A DNA stretch of 64,000 nt from Candidatus Uhrbacteria bacterium (GCA_016188385.1 JACPHV010000032.1:5174-69173), one strand, 5' to 3'; positions 47,990-58,845 are shown, counted from the first letter of the stretch. Program-made: numbers and translations. Notes: generated by a model from the sequence alone, not told the origin.

Positions 47990-49630
47990 GTGAATCAAAT
48001 GACCCAAGCTCAAGCACTCGACATTTTGAAGACCGGCTCAAGCGTGTTTCTCACCGGCGAGCCGGGAAGCGGCAAGACGCACACGGTAAACGCGTATATT
48101 TCATGGCTGCGCTCACACGACATATCGGTTGCCGTCACCGCGTCTACCGGCATTGCGGCAACCCACATTGGTGGGCGTACGGTGCACTCGTTTGCCGGTA
48201 TCGGGATCAAAACAGCATTGACCGCGCAAGATGTTTTGCGTATCGCGAAAAATGATCGTGTCGCAAAACGGATTCGCGCGATTTCCGTGTTGGTGATTGA
48301 CGAGATATCCATGCTGTCGGCTCGCACTCTTGGCATGATTGAGCAAGTATGCCGCGCCGTGCGGCAAAGCGATCTGCCGTTCGGCGGGTTGCAGGCGGTG
48401 CTGGTCGGAGATTTCTTCCAGCTTCCGCCCGTTGTACGGCAGGACACCGGCGCTGTTCGGCAAAGCACGTTTTTACAAGATCGTACTGACTCGCTGTTTT
48501 GTTTTTATTCATCTGCGTGGGAGCGTCTCGACCCGGTCGTATGCTATATAGCCGAGCAGCATCGGCAGGAAGACGCCGCATTTTTGGACGTTCTTTCCGC
48601 GTTGCGCAGGGGCGCGGTACTCGACACGCATCACGCGCTTTTGCGTACGCGGTTTGCTAATGTTGCAAAGCCAGGCATGACGCAGTTGTTTCCTCACAAC
48701 GCGCAGGTGGATGCGATCAACGAAATGGAGCTTAACCGTCTTCCCGGGGATGTCCGTAGATTCGAGATGGCAAGCAGCGGACCGAAAGAACTTGTCGATC
48801 AACTCAAAAAAGGATGCCTTTCGCCGGATGTGCTTTCCTTAAAAATCGGCGCGCGCGTGATGTTTACCAAAAACGATGTCGCCGGCAGGTTCGTGAACGG
48901 GTCACTTGGAGTCGTGGAGGGATTTGCTGACGGCGAGGATGACGGAGGATACCCGATCGTGCGGTTAGGCAACGGCCGTCGAGTCAACGCAGAACCGCTC
49001 GAGTGGGCGGTCGATGAGGGGTTTATCACAAGCGCGAGGATCATCCAAATCCCTCTGCGGCTTGCGTGGGCGATCACCGTGCACAAAAGCCAAGGCATGT
49101 CTCTCGATGCCGCGCATATGGATCTTTCGCGCGTGTTTGAATTCGGACAGGGGTATGTCGCGCTTTCGCGTGTTCGTACATTGGCAGGACTTTCGCTTGC
49201 GGGGATCAATGAGCGGGCATGTGAAGTGCATCCTGACATTTTGAAAAAAGACGGCGAATTCCGTGAACTCTCAAACAACATACGCGAATACGCGAGCGGG
49301 CTTAGGGTTGAAGAATTGTCTCGAAAGCATCATGAATTTATTGTTCGGTGCGGCGGGAAAGCGAAACAGATGCCAAAGGCTGATGAATCTAATACGAAAT
49401 GGAAGCAGGTTGATCCGCAGGATGCATCAAAAGCATACTCCGTGAACACAATCCGTGAACAGCATAGCAACGCTTATCGTCCATGGAGCGAGGAAGAGGA
49501 AAAGATTCTCCGTGAGCTGTTTGAGTCCGGTGAAAAAATTAAAAACATCGCCAAAAAGCTCGGCCGCCAACACGGAGCGATCTCTTCTCGGCTTAAGAAG
49601 CTTAGGGAACGCGAGGAAGCAACCGCATGA
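47990..49630 (+). CDS. PIF1-family (RecD-like SF1B) DNA helicase with a C-terminal HTH/Myb-like domain
   Basis: FLTGEPGSGKT, IDEISM, GDFFQLPPV and AWAITVHKSQG motifs; C-terminal WSEEEE...IAKKLGRQHGAISSRL. The start may be the ATG at 47999. Confidence 0.92.
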   Translation: MNQMTQAQALDILKTGSSVFLTGEPGSGKTHTVNAYISWLRSHDISVAVTASTGIAATHIGGRTVHSFAGIGIKTALTAQDVLRIAKNDRVAKRIRAISVLVIDEISMLSARTLGMIEQVCRAVRQSDLPFGGLQAVLVGDFFQLPPVVRQDTGAVRQSTFLQDRTDSLFCFYSSAWERLDPVVCYIAEQHRQEDAAFLDVLSALRRGAVLDTHHALLRTRFANVAKPGMTQLFPHNAQVDAINEMELNRLPGDVRRFEMASSGPKELVDQLKKGCLSPDVLSLKIGARVMFTKNDVAGRFVNGSLGVVEGFADGEDDGGYPIVRLGNGRRVNAEPLEWAVDEGFITSARIIQIPLRLAWAITVHKSQGMSLDAAHMDLSRVFEFGQGYVALSRVRTLAGLSLAGINERACEVHPDILKKDGEFRELSNNIREYASGLRVEELSRKHHEFIVRCGGKAKQMPKADESNTKWKQVDPQDASKAYSVNTIREQHSNAYRPWSEEEEKILRELFESGEKIKNIAKKLGRQHGAISSRLKKLREREEATA

Positions 49631-49687
49631 GGAATTTAAAAAGCGAGTTATGGCGGAAAGGTAGATATATACAGGAACTTATTTAAT

Positions 49688-50839
49688 ATGAAATTGAAAA
49701 CGATCGTTATTCTGTTAGCTGTCGTTGTGATTGTGGGCGGTAGTATGCTTGCCGTGAAGTTTTCATTTTTAGAACCCGAACAAGATCCGCTGCCAATGGT
49801 AATCGAGTCACCGTCTGCCGAAATCAATACCGATGAACAAGTTGTTGATGATCTAGCCACAGAGCCGCGAGCATACACAGCTGGAAAGCAGATTCACTTT
49901 TCACAGAATGATGCTCTATTTCGATTCGACGGAACTATTCCGGATGGCTGGAAGGTAGAATACGTGCCAGAAATCCAAGCGTTGAACATCTATGATCCCG
50001 AAGCGGCAGATACGGATCGCGAAGCTTCGCAGATTTTCATTCGCCAGTTTACCGCCTCAACATTTCTTACACTCTCTACGGTAGCGATCCACTCACGCGA
50101 AGAAACACAGCTTCACGGCAAAGATGCGGTGCGCTATGAAATTGAGAAAAAGCCGGGTATTCCCTCGTTCCCTCATCAACCGCAGTGGCGCAGCGAGCGG
50201 CATCGCCTGATTGACGTTCGCTATTCCAAACAATCGCCAAGCGTATTTTATGTCATCGCGTTTAATCCCTTGCTTGAAAAACGCATCGAGGAAGAGTTTC
50301 TCGCATCGCTTTCGTTTCACAATGATCCATCATCCTTTGTCGCGCCGATCGATCGAGCAAGCGAGCGAATCACGAAAAAACCGTTTGGGATTCGCGTGTC
50401 GTCAGACGACTCGCCGGTGCAGCCCGAACGGTTTGCCGGCTATCATACCGGTGTTGACTTTGAAACATTCAGCGAGGAGGCGGATAGCGAAGTTGAAGCG
50501 CGTTCGATCTGCGGCGGCATTGTTCGGTCGGTGCGCTCCGCGCAAGGCTACGGCGGCGTGGTTGTACAGGAATGCGCACTCTACGACGGTCCAATTTACG
50601 TAGTGTACGGCCACCTAAAACCCGCGGACATTACGGCAAAAACTGGAGACTACTTATCAGCAGATACTCGCATCGGCGTATTGGGATCAAGCGGGACGCA
50701 AGAAACGGGAGGCGAACGTAAGCATCTGCATCTCGGCATCGTTCGCGGCGGGAAAGCGGACATTAGCGGATACGTTAAATCCCAAAAAGAGCTTTCCGCA
50801 TGGATTGATCCGTGTTCACTTGATCACGTGTGCGAATGA
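49688..50839 (+). CDS. Membrane-anchored M23 family metallopeptidase
   Basis: N-terminal TM helix; HTGVD, GYGG, YGHL and HLHLG zinc motifs. Confidence 0.88.
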   Translation: MKLKTIVILLAVVVIVGGSMLAVKFSFLEPEQDPLPMVIESPSAEINTDEQVVDDLATEPRAYTAGKQIHFSQNDALFRFDGTIPDGWKVEYVPEIQALNIYDPEAADTDREASQIFIRQFTASTFLTLSTVAIHSREETQLHGKDAVRYEIEKKPGIPSFPHQPQWRSERHRLIDVRYSKQSPSVFYVIAFNPLLEKRIEEEFLASLSFHNDPSSFVAPIDRASERITKKPFGIRVSSDDSPVQPERFAGYHTGVDFETFSEEADSEVEARSICGGIVRSVRSAQGYGGVVVQECALYDGPIYVVYGHLKPADITAKTGDYLSADTRIGVLGSSGTQETGGERKHLHLGIVRGGKADISGYVKSQKELSAWIDPCSLDHVCE

Positions 50840-50899
50840 CAGATGCGGGTGAATAACAGTTCGGTTGACCGCTGCTTATTTTCGTGCAACACTCAAATC

Positions 50900-53683
50900 A
50901 TGAAGATATCAACATTCCTTACACGCGTGGTACTTGTCGCCATCTTTGTAATTTTTGTTTTTTTTCCCGGTATCATCTCCTTGATTAGCGATTGGTGGTG
51001 GTTTCACACGGTCAATTTTGAAAACGTATTTCGTACATCCTTGCTCGCGCAGCTTGGAGTCGGTATCGGTGTTGGCGCGTTTGTTGCTGTGTTTCTCGCA
51101 GGAAACATCCTCATCGCCATAACATCCCGCACCGGCTGGCATGCAACGATTTCAGAACAGATTGCCGGACGAACACTTACGGTCGGGCAGGCCGTATTTT
51201 ATAAAATCGGGATCATTGCCAGCCTTATTGTGGGAACACTCGCGGGACTTACCGCGAGCGCGTTTTGGCGGGAAATACTGTTATTTCTCAACGCCACACC
51301 CTTTAGCGTCAGCGATCCGATATTTTCCAAAGATATTTCGTTCTACGTCTTCTCACTTCCGGTGTATTCTGCAGCGTTGATTTTTACTAATTTTCTCATC
51401 GTCACATCCGCGATCGCGTGTGGCGCCGTGTATTTTCTGCAAGGCGGATTTAATCTCGCATCGCTTGCGTCAGGCATACTTTCTCGCTTCGGCTCTCGGC
51501 GGAGGGTACTGGTTGATACTGGGTACGGAGTTTTTAGAAAAGCGCGATTGCATGTCGGTATTCTAGTGGCGTTGTTTTTCGTGGCGGTTTCTGCCGGTAC
51601 ATTGATTAGAGTATATGAACTTGTGATCATGAATAACGGGATTGCCTTTGGAGCGACAGCCACTGATGTGACAGTCGTCCTTCCTCTTTTACGGGCATCT
51701 GCCGTTGTCTTTGCGGCAGCGGCGATTTTGACCCTACTCTACTCGTTTACCGGCCGGATCGGTCCATTAGCTATCGCGCTGCTCGTATCCGCGCTTATGA
51801 GCGGTATTACCGCGGGTGTCCCGCCACTCTATCAGCGACTGATCGTAGCTCCAAATGAACTCGTAAAGGAAACCCCCTTTATCGCACACGCGATTTCTTT
51901 CACGCGCGCGGCATACGGGCTTGATAACATCGAGGAGCGCGAGATAGACGCTTCGCAAAAACTCACTGCCTCCGATATCGCTTCAAACAGCGCGACGATC
52001 AAGAATGTGCGGCTTTGGGATCGCTCTCCGCTATTATCCACTTTCTCGCAGATTCAGGAGATACGCACCTATTACGAATTTAATTCCGTTGATAACGATC
52101 GATATGATATCGATGGGGAACTTCGACAAATCATGCTGTCCCCGCGCGAACTTTCTTCGGAGAGTCTGCCGAATAAGACATGGATCAACGAACGGCTGAC
52201 GTTCACTCATGGGTATGGCGCAGCGGCGGGCCCTGTTAATCAAGTGACTCCCGAAGGGTTGCCCGTGCTGTATGTAAAGGATCTGCCCCCGCGATCTGAA
52301 AAAAAGGAGTTGCGGATTGATCGTCCTGAAATCTACTTTGGCGAGCTCGCAAACGACTACGTCATCGTAAAAACAAAATCCCGCGAATTTGATTACCCGC
52401 AAGGCGAAGATAACGTGTTCACCGAATACTCCGGACAGGATGGCGTATCGATCGGATCTCTGTTTCGACGGCTTGTCTACGCTGTCCGATTTCAGTCATT
52501 GAAATTTCTTCTCTCAACCGATATCACGCAGGATAGTAAAATCATGTTGCATAGAAATATCATTGAGCGCGTATCGAGGATCGCTCCTTTCTTATCATTT
52601 GACAACGATCCATACCTTGTCATGGCGGACGGGCGGCTCACATGGATCATGGACGCGTATACATCAACTGATCGTTACCCGTATTCGCAGCCGATGATAG
52701 TGAATAATCAGAGACTGAATTATATAAGAAATTCCGTCAAAGCGACTGTGGACGCGTATGATGGCACAGTCAAGATATATAAAGCCGATCCTGTTGATCC
52801 GATCATTCAGACGTACGAGCGGATATTCCCTTCATTATTTCTGCCGCTTTCTGATATGCCGGATTCGCTTCGGCGGCATGTCCGCTACCCGGAAGATATG
52901 TTCAGCGCGCAGACCGCAATCTATACGACGTACCACATGGATGACCCGCAGATTTTCTATAACAAGGAGGATCTATGGGAAATACCGACATACGCGTTTG
53001 ACGCAACGCAACAGCCCGATCGAGCTTCATCAATGGCGCCTCGCCACATGATCATGAAGCTACCGGAAGAGAGAGGTGCAGAGTACATACTCATGTTGCC
53101 CTTTACACCGCGCGCGAAGGATAATCTGTCGGCTTGGATGGTGGCGCGTAGCGATGGTGATGCGTATGGACAGATCGTAGTCTATCGTTTTCCAAAGGAT
53201 AAGCTGATATTCGGTCCTAAGCAAATCATCGGCAGGATCAATCAAGACGCGGATGTCAGCCGGCAAATTTCTCTCTGGGATCAGCGTGGATCTCAAGTAA
53301 TCCAGGGGCCCTTGCTGGTGATCCCGATCGAGGCATCGCTTGTCTATGTCCGTCCGCTCTATCTCAAGGCTCAATCGGGAAAGATCCCCGAATTAAAACG
53401 AGTGATTGTCGCGTATGAAAATAAAATCGCCATGGAAGAGACACTTGAACAAGGGCTCGCAAAGATTTTTGGTATCGATGTTGATAGGAAAGCCGCGTTG
53501 ACCCCCAAAGTCAATAAAGATGCCGCGGTACCCGAAAAAGACGCGAGTATCGGGGATACGTTCAGAAAGGCTCAAGGAGCGTTTGACGCAGCCCAAGCCG
53601 CGTTGCGAGAGGGGAACTGGTCAGAGTATGGATCACAGATCCGTGCGTTGGGCGAGATACTCAAGCAGGGGATCATTCCATGA
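50900..53683 (+). CDS. UPF0182 family membrane protein
   Basis: WWWF, DPIFSKDISFYVF, TRAAYGL, NVRLWD, YYEF..VD.DRY and NYIRNSVKATVDAYDG motifs. Confidence 0.92.
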   Translation: MKISTFLTRVVLVAIFVIFVFFPGIISLISDWWWFHTVNFENVFRTSLLAQLGVGIGVGAFVAVFLAGNILIAITSRTGWHATISEQIAGRTLTVGQAVFYKIGIIASLIVGTLAGLTASAFWREILLFLNATPFSVSDPIFSKDISFYVFSLPVYSAALIFTNFLIVTSAIACGAVYFLQGGFNLASLASGILSRFGSRRRVLVDTGYGVFRKARLHVGILVALFFVAVSAGTLIRVYELVIMNNGIAFGATATDVTVVLPLLRASAVVFAAAAILTLLYSFTGRIGPLAIALLVSALMSGITAGVPPLYQRLIVAPNELVKETPFIAHAISFTRAAYGLDNIEEREIDASQKLTASDIASNSATIKNVRLWDRSPLLSTFSQIQEIRTYYEFNSVDNDRYDIDGELRQIMLSPRELSSESLPNKTWINERLTFTHGYGAAAGPVNQVTPEGLPVLYVKDLPPRSEKKELRIDRPEIYFGELANDYVIVKTKSREFDYPQGEDNVFTEYSGQDGVSIGSLFRRLVYAVRFQSLKFLLSTDITQDSKIMLHRNIIERVSRIAPFLSFDNDPYLVMADGRLTWIMDAYTSTDRYPYSQPMIVNNQRLNYIRNSVKATVDAYDGTVKIYKADPVDPIIQTYERIFPSLFLPLSDMPDSLRRHVRYPEDMFSAQTAIYTTYHMDDPQIFYNKEDLWEIPTYAFDATQQPDRASSMAPRHMIMKLPEERGAEYILMLPFTPRAKDNLSAWMVARSDGDAYGQIVVYRFPKDKLIFGPKQIIGRINQDADVSRQISLWDQRGSQVIQGPLLVIPIEASLVYVRPLYLKAQSGKIPELKRVIVAYENKIAMEETLEQGLAKIFGIDVDRKAALTPKVNKDAAVPEKDASIGDTFRKAQGAFDAAQAALREGNWSEYGSQIRALGEILKQGIIP

Positions 53684-55377
53684 ATCTTTTTTTTGAACTG
53701 ACAATCATAGTCGGCGTCGCAGCCGTGATCTCCGTGATCATGCGCTTGCTTCGTCAGCCGCTCATCATCGGGTATATCTTCACCGGTTTGCTCATAGGTC
53801 CGTTTGTATGGAATATATTGCAATCCGTAGAAGTTTTTTCTTTGTTCAGCGAGATCGGCATCGCGATTTTACTCTTTACCGTAGGATTGAATCTTAATCC
53901 GCGCGTCATCAAAGAATTTGGGCGCGTGTCATTGGTGACCGGCATCGGGCAGGTACTCATTACATCTGTCGTTGGATATGCGATTTGCATTGCTCTGGGC
54001 TTCGATCCGGCAACATCATTTTATCTCGGAGTAGCGCTTGCATTCAGCAGCACGATCATTATCTTGAAATTGATTTCCGACAAGGGTGATCTTGAAAAGC
54101 TCTACGCGAAAATCTCGATAGGATTTCTGCTCGTGCAGGATTTTATTGTCATTCTTCTGCTGTTTTTCATCCCCCTGTTTTCACGAGATACCGCGGATTT
54201 CAGAGCGATTGCCCCCTTGATTGGCATGGGATTAGGCTTGTTTGCCGCAATCATTATCATCACCCGTTACATCTTGCCTCGGATTGCCGCTTTTTTGTCC
54301 TCTTCGCTTGAATTGTTGTTTCTATTCGCGGTCGCGTGGGGATTTGGGATCGCTTCGCTTTTTAAGGGCGCGGGCTTTTCTCTGGAGAGCGGGGCACTCA
54401 TTGCCGGTGTCGCGCTTTCAACTCTGGGATTTCGGCATGAGGTGAGCGCGCGCATGATGCCGCTTCGAGATTTTTTCATCGTTCTGTTTTTTGTCATGCT
54501 GGGCGCGCAGATGCATCTGGGAGAGCTGATACCATTAGCGAGCGCCGCTCTTTTGCTTTCGGCTTTTGTGCTCATCGGCAATCCCATTATCCTTATGGCA
54601 ATCATGGGGATGTTCGGGTATCGTAAGCGCACCAGCCTCCAGACAGGCTTCACCGTGGCCCAGATCAGCGAATTCTCTCTTATATTCGTAGCTATGGGAG
54701 TCGCGTATCAGCATATTGGCATTCAAGCTCTTTCGCTCATTACGTTAGTCGGTTTGATTACCATCTTCGGCTCCTCCTATCTTGTCACCTATTCTGACGC
54801 GATATACCGTCTGCTTGAACCTTATCTAGGGATTTTTGAACGAAAGAACGCGAAAGAAACTCAAGTTCAAGCACATCCGTATCAGGCGATATTGTTCGGA
54901 TGCAATAGGATTGGAACTGATTTCTTAAACGCCTTTCGGGTTATGGGCAAAGATTTTCTCGTCATCGACCATAATCCCGAGATCATCACGCAATTACAGA
55001 GTAAACATGCGAATCACACGTACGGTGATGCTTCCAATCTTGATTTTTTGTCTGAACTCGATTATTCAGCTCTTGATATCGCAGTGTCTACCATACCGGA
55101 TGACCAGACCAATCAGCTTATCAATCGCATGATTCGCGCCCGTAAGCCGGAAGCAATTTTCATCTGTATCGCGCATCAGATCGATCACGCGCTTTCGGAT
55201 TATGAGCAAGGAGTGGATTATGTGATTATGCCTCACTTTCTTGGCGGACACTACGCGGCGCAATTGGTGATTGATCTTGACGGGAGACGCTCTGAATATG
55301 AAAATCTCAAGAATGATCATATCCGACAGCTCAACTTTCGTATCAATGAGGGACATGAGCATCCGGTCAATGGCTAA
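53680..55377 (+). CDS. CPA2/Kef-type cation:proton antiporter with a TrkA-N domain
   Basis: About 12 TM helices; FSSTIIILK, VQDF and QISEFS motifs; C-terminal GCNRIG and YGDAS. Confidence 0.92.
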   Translation: MNLFFELTIIVGVAAVISVIMRLLRQPLIIGYIFTGLLIGPFVWNILQSVEVFSLFSEIGIAILLFTVGLNLNPRVIKEFGRVSLVTGIGQVLITSVVGYAICIALGFDPATSFYLGVALAFSSTIIILKLISDKGDLEKLYAKISIGFLLVQDFIVILLLFFIPLFSRDTADFRAIAPLIGMGLGLFAAIIIITRYILPRIAAFLSSSLELLFLFAVAWGFGIASLFKGAGFSLESGALIAGVALSTLGFRHEVSARMMPLRDFFIVLFFVMLGAQMHLGELIPLASAALLLSAFVLIGNPIILMAIMGMFGYRKRTSLQTGFTVAQISEFSLIFVAMGVAYQHIGIQALSLITLVGLITIFGSSYLVTYSDAIYRLLEPYLGIFERKNAKETQVQAHPYQAILFGCNRIGTDFLNAFRVMGKDFLVIDHNPEIITQLQSKHANHTYGDASNLDFLSELDYSALDIAVSTIPDDQTNQLINRMIRARKPEAIFICIAHQIDHALSDYEQGVDYVIMPHFLGGHYAAQLVIDLDGRRSEYENLKNDHIRQLNFRINEGHEHPVNG

Positions 55378-55394
55378 ACCGGTTTAGCCATTGA
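55367..55394. repeat. Perfect 28-bp palindrome overlapping the antiporter stop codon
   Basis: TCAATGGCTAAACC|GGTTTAGCCATTGA. Confidence 0.8.
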
Positions 55395-55440
55395 ATTCGA
55401 CACGAAAAATATCAAAGGAGATATTTAAACATTCCAAGTA

Positions 55441-56970
55441 ATGAGTACATCATACCGCAAGCCTGTTGTTCTCGTCGTGCTCGACGGATGGGGCTATCGC
55501 GCAGAGACTGAACACAACGCAATCGCACAGGCAATAACCCCGAATCTTGACGCATTGTTTGCCCGATATCCTCACTCTTTGCTGGATGCCAGCGGCCCTG
55601 CCATAGGATTGCCGCAAGGACAAGCGGGGACAAGCGAGATCGGCCATCTTACGATTGGCGCAGGCACGCTTATTGATACGGATTTGGTGCGTATCACCAA
55701 AGCAATGCATGATGGTCATTTTGAGACGAACGATGCGTTTTGTACGGTATTTGCGCATGTTAAGACTCATGATTCCACGCTCCATATTCTTGGACTTGTG
55801 AGTCCCGGCGGGATTCATAGCCACAGCTCGCACCTTAACGGGATATTGCGCGCGGCAAAAAAAGCGGGTATTTCCAAAATCGCCATTCATGCGTTTATCG
55901 ATGGCAGAGATACTCCGCCGCAAAGCGCGAAAGGGTATCTCGCGGAGCTCGAGCACCTGCTTGAGGAATTAGAAATAGGTTTTATTGCTACCGTATCCGG
56001 CCGGTTTTATGCCATGGACCGCGACCACAATTGGCATCGAATAAAAAAGGCGGAAGATGCTATTTTTTACGGCACCTCGGATACTACGCATACTGCTCGA
56101 CCGTCTGAAGTCATTGACGCGATGTATCGGCAAGGTCATGTTGATGAGCATATTGAGCCGATCGTGTTTGTCGATGATAACGGCAAGGCCTACATGATGG
56201 AACACAGCGACGGCATTATTTTTATGAATTTTCGTTCGGATCGCGCGCGTATGCTTTCCAGCAGGATCGTGGACTGCCATGAAGATAAGAACTTGTGCTT
56301 CGTCACGATGACTTCTCATGGCAAGAACGTAAAATCATTGGTCGCATTTTCAGGCGCAGGCGTGCATACAACGCTCGCGACCGAATTATCCCGAGCAGGT
56401 TTACGACAGGTGCATATCGCGGAGACTGAAAAATACGCTCACGCGACATATTTTTTGAATGGAGGAAATGAAGAGCCTCATGAAGGCGAGGAACATATCC
56501 TTGTAGAAAGCAGAAAAGATATCCGCACTCACGATCAAGCGCCGGAGATGAGAGCCTCGGAGATTACTGATAAGGCGATAGAGCAAATCAATCAGGGAAT
56601 CGATTTCGTATTTATTAATTACGCGAACGCGGACATGGTGGCTCATACCGCGAATTTTGCCGCAACGATCCGCGCGGTGGAAGTAATCGATGCGGAGATC
56701 GGAAGGCTCTCATCATGCATAGCGGACTCGGGTGGTATATTCATTCTTACCGCGGACCATGGAAACGCGGAGGTTGGAGTTGATCCACAGAGCGGAGTTC
56801 TCCATACTGCTCATACGATAAACCCTGTTCCGTTTCTTATAGCTGCCGATGGGTATGGGGTGAGACGCGATGGTACGCTTGCCGATGTTGCCCCAACTGT
56901 GTTAACAGTACTTGGAGTGCCGATCCCGCCATCCATGACAGGGATTTCACTGCTAAGTAATCCACAGTAG
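55441..56970 (+). CDS. gpmI: 2,3-bisphosphoglycerate-independent phosphoglycerate mutase
   Basis: LDGWG, GTSEIGH, DGRD, GRFYAMDRD, AETEKYAH and TADHGN motifs. Confidence 0.96.
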   Translation: MSTSYRKPVVLVVLDGWGYRAETEHNAIAQAITPNLDALFARYPHSLLDASGPAIGLPQGQAGTSEIGHLTIGAGTLIDTDLVRITKAMHDGHFETNDAFCTVFAHVKTHDSTLHILGLVSPGGIHSHSSHLNGILRAAKKAGISKIAIHAFIDGRDTPPQSAKGYLAELEHLLEELEIGFIATVSGRFYAMDRDHNWHRIKKAEDAIFYGTSDTTHTARPSEVIDAMYRQGHVDEHIEPIVFVDDNGKAYMMEHSDGIIFMNFRSDRARMLSSRIVDCHEDKNLCFVTMTSHGKNVKSLVAFSGAGVHTTLATELSRAGLRQVHIAETEKYAHATYFLNGGNEEPHEGEEHILVESRKDIRTHDQAPEMRASEITDKAIEQINQGIDFVFINYANADMVAHTANFAATIRAVEVIDAEIGRLSSCIADSGGIFILTADHGNAEVGVDPQSGVLHTAHTINPVPFLIAADGYGVRRDGTLADVAPTVLTVLGVPIPPSMTGISLLSNPQ

Positions 56971-57029
56971 TATTTTTTTTATCGTGATATAATCTCTCTG
57001 AATTCACAATCTGTGGGTAACCTATAATT

Positions 57030-58532
57030 ATGAGACACCGAGCTCTATCACTCAAAAAACCGATTACAGATCAGAAGGCGGCTTTCGTCTTGTGCCTTTT
57101 TGAAGGTGCGGCTTGCGACAAGCATCCATTGTTTCAATTCCTTGCCCCAAGGGACAGAGAATATTTGTCATCTGCCTCAAAGGAATGGAAGTCGGAATTG
57201 TATGCGTCAGATCTGTTTCGCATGCCTTCATCAGGGCGATCCGTGCTGATGTTCGGGTTGGGGACGAAAGAAAAGTGGAATGCCCGTTTCGCGGAACGAA
57301 GCATGAGATCGGTGGTCATGTCTGCGAAAAAGAGGCGTTTGTCAAAGCTCGTGGTAGTGGCGAATGATTTTGCTCTTTCTGGAGAAGGGGAATCAACGAG
57401 GGCAGAGCATTGCGCGGCAAATGCGGAAATAGGCGCCTATGAATTCAATACTTTTCTCACAGCGCCGGATGGGGGGTGGCCTTCGATCAAAGAAATTCTG
57501 TATGCCGCTCATGAGATGGAGGGAATGAATCACGCTTTATCAGTGGGTTCATTGATCGGTGAGCGGGTGAACGAGGTACGAGAGTTGGCAAATACTCCCG
57601 GAGGGCGCATGACGCCAAAATTGCTCGCGGCTCACGCAAAGAAAAACGGGAAGAAATACGGATTTTTAGTTAAAGCGCTCGGTGAGCAGCACATGAAAAA
57701 GCTCGGTATGGGCGGAGTGCTTGGGGTATCGAGCGGGAGCGCGGAAGAAGCGCAGTTTATTATCATGGAATACCATGGGACTAAGAAAAAAGGAAACCCT
57801 TTGGTGTTCATAGGCAAGGGTATTACATTTGATAGCGGGGGACTGCAGATCAAGCCCGACAGGTATATGGATGAGATGCATATGGATATGAGCGGCGGAG
57901 CAAGTGTTATTGGCGCGTTGAGCGCGATAGCAGCATTGAAGCTGCCACTGAATTGCGTAGGCATAGTTCCGGCGGCGGAAAATATGCCATCAGGATCGAG
58001 CTATCGGCCCGGGGATGTACTTAAGACTCTATCGGGAAAAACAGTAGAAGTCGGACACACAGACGCGGAAGGCCGAGTGGTGCTTACTGATGCGTTAACG
58101 TATGCCGAGAGATACGAGCCGTCTCTCGTTGTTGATGTCGCGACATTGACCGGCGCGGCGACAGTTGTTATGGGACGCTATGCATCACTCGTTATGTCTC
58201 CACAAAAGAAATGCGCTGATTTTATGCTTTCCTGCGGAGATACGAGCGGAGATACGCTGTGGCAGTTGCCGCTCTGGGATGACTATGAATCTCACATCAA
58301 GGGATATACGGGAGACGTGACGAACAACAGCCGGCACAGAGAGGCCGGGACAATCATCGGCGGCATGTTCTTATATCAGTTTGCAAAAAAATTTCCAGCC
58401 TGGGCTCATGTTGATATTGCTGCAACCATGACGGGGAAAGACGACCTGTTCTTGTCGCGAGGCGCGAGCGGTATTGGTACGAGGCTTCTTATTCAGATTG
58501 CCAGAAGTTATCACAATTTTACTAATTCATAA
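57030..58532 (+). CDS. pepA: Leucyl aminopeptidase (M17)
   Basis: GKGITFDSGG, MHMDMSG, HTDAEGR, DVATLTGA and WAHVDIA motifs. Confidence 0.94.
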   Translation: MRHRALSLKKPITDQKAAFVLCLFEGAACDKHPLFQFLAPRDREYLSSASKEWKSELYASDLFRMPSSGRSVLMFGLGTKEKWNARFAERSMRSVVMSAKKRRLSKLVVVANDFALSGEGESTRAEHCAANAEIGAYEFNTFLTAPDGGWPSIKEILYAAHEMEGMNHALSVGSLIGERVNEVRELANTPGGRMTPKLLAAHAKKNGKKYGFLVKALGEQHMKKLGMGGVLGVSSGSAEEAQFIIMEYHGTKKKGNPLVFIGKGITFDSGGLQIKPDRYMDEMHMDMSGGASVIGALSAIAALKLPLNCVGIVPAAENMPSGSSYRPGDVLKTLSGKTVEVGHTDAEGRVVLTDALTYAERYEPSLVVDVATLTGAATVVMGRYASLVMSPQKKCADFMLSCGDTSGDTLWQLPLWDDYESHIKGYTGDVTNNSRHREAGTIIGGMFLYQFAKKFPAWAHVDIAATMTGKDDLFLSRGASGIGTRLLIQIARSYHNFTNS

Positions 58533-58555
58533 CGCGATACGTTCGCGGGAATTCT

Positions 58556-58750
58556 ATGGACTCCACTTATGTCTGTCCGGAATGTGGCCAGGAATACGAT
58601 GAGCCTGGCGTGTGTGATTCTTGTCAGGTAGATCTTATCGAAGACGGCGGTGATAAAGATCTTGAATTCGATGGCACGGACGAACTTCAGGAGGATCAAG
58701 GCACCGGAGATTCGTTCGACGCCGGCAATGACGAGGAAGATTTTTCGTGA
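58556..58750 (+). CDS. Small zinc-ribbon protein with an acidic tail
   Basis: CPEC...CDSC followed by an Asp/Glu-rich tail, 64 aa. Confidence 0.7.
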   Translation: MDSTYVCPECGQEYDEPGVCDSCQVDLIEDGGDKDLEFDGTDELQEDQGTGDSFDAGNDEEDFS

Positions 58751-58777
58751 GGATAAACGGTCGGTATAAAGTGAGAC

Positions 58778-58810
58778 CAAAGAACTCTTGAGTCATTCAG
58801 GAGTTCTTTG
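58778..58810 (+). terminator. Putative terminator hairpin
   Basis: CAAAGAACTCTTGA-GTCAT-TCAGGAGTTCTTTG. Confidence 0.55.
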
Positions 58811-58813
58811 ATA

Positions 58814-58842
58814 TTGCGCTCATGATTATTGAATGGTATAGT
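58814..58842 (+). promoter_or_regulatory. Sigma70-type promoter immediately upstream of the MITE
   Basis: TTGCGC-17 nt-TATAGT with a TGG extension. Confidence 0.55.
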
Positions 58843-58845
58843 ATA

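Noticed and set aside
44761..49700. Prophage or integrative element at tRNA-Gln or tRNA-Glu
   Set aside because: No integrase, phage structural genes or duplicated tRNA 3' end (attR) was found by eye.
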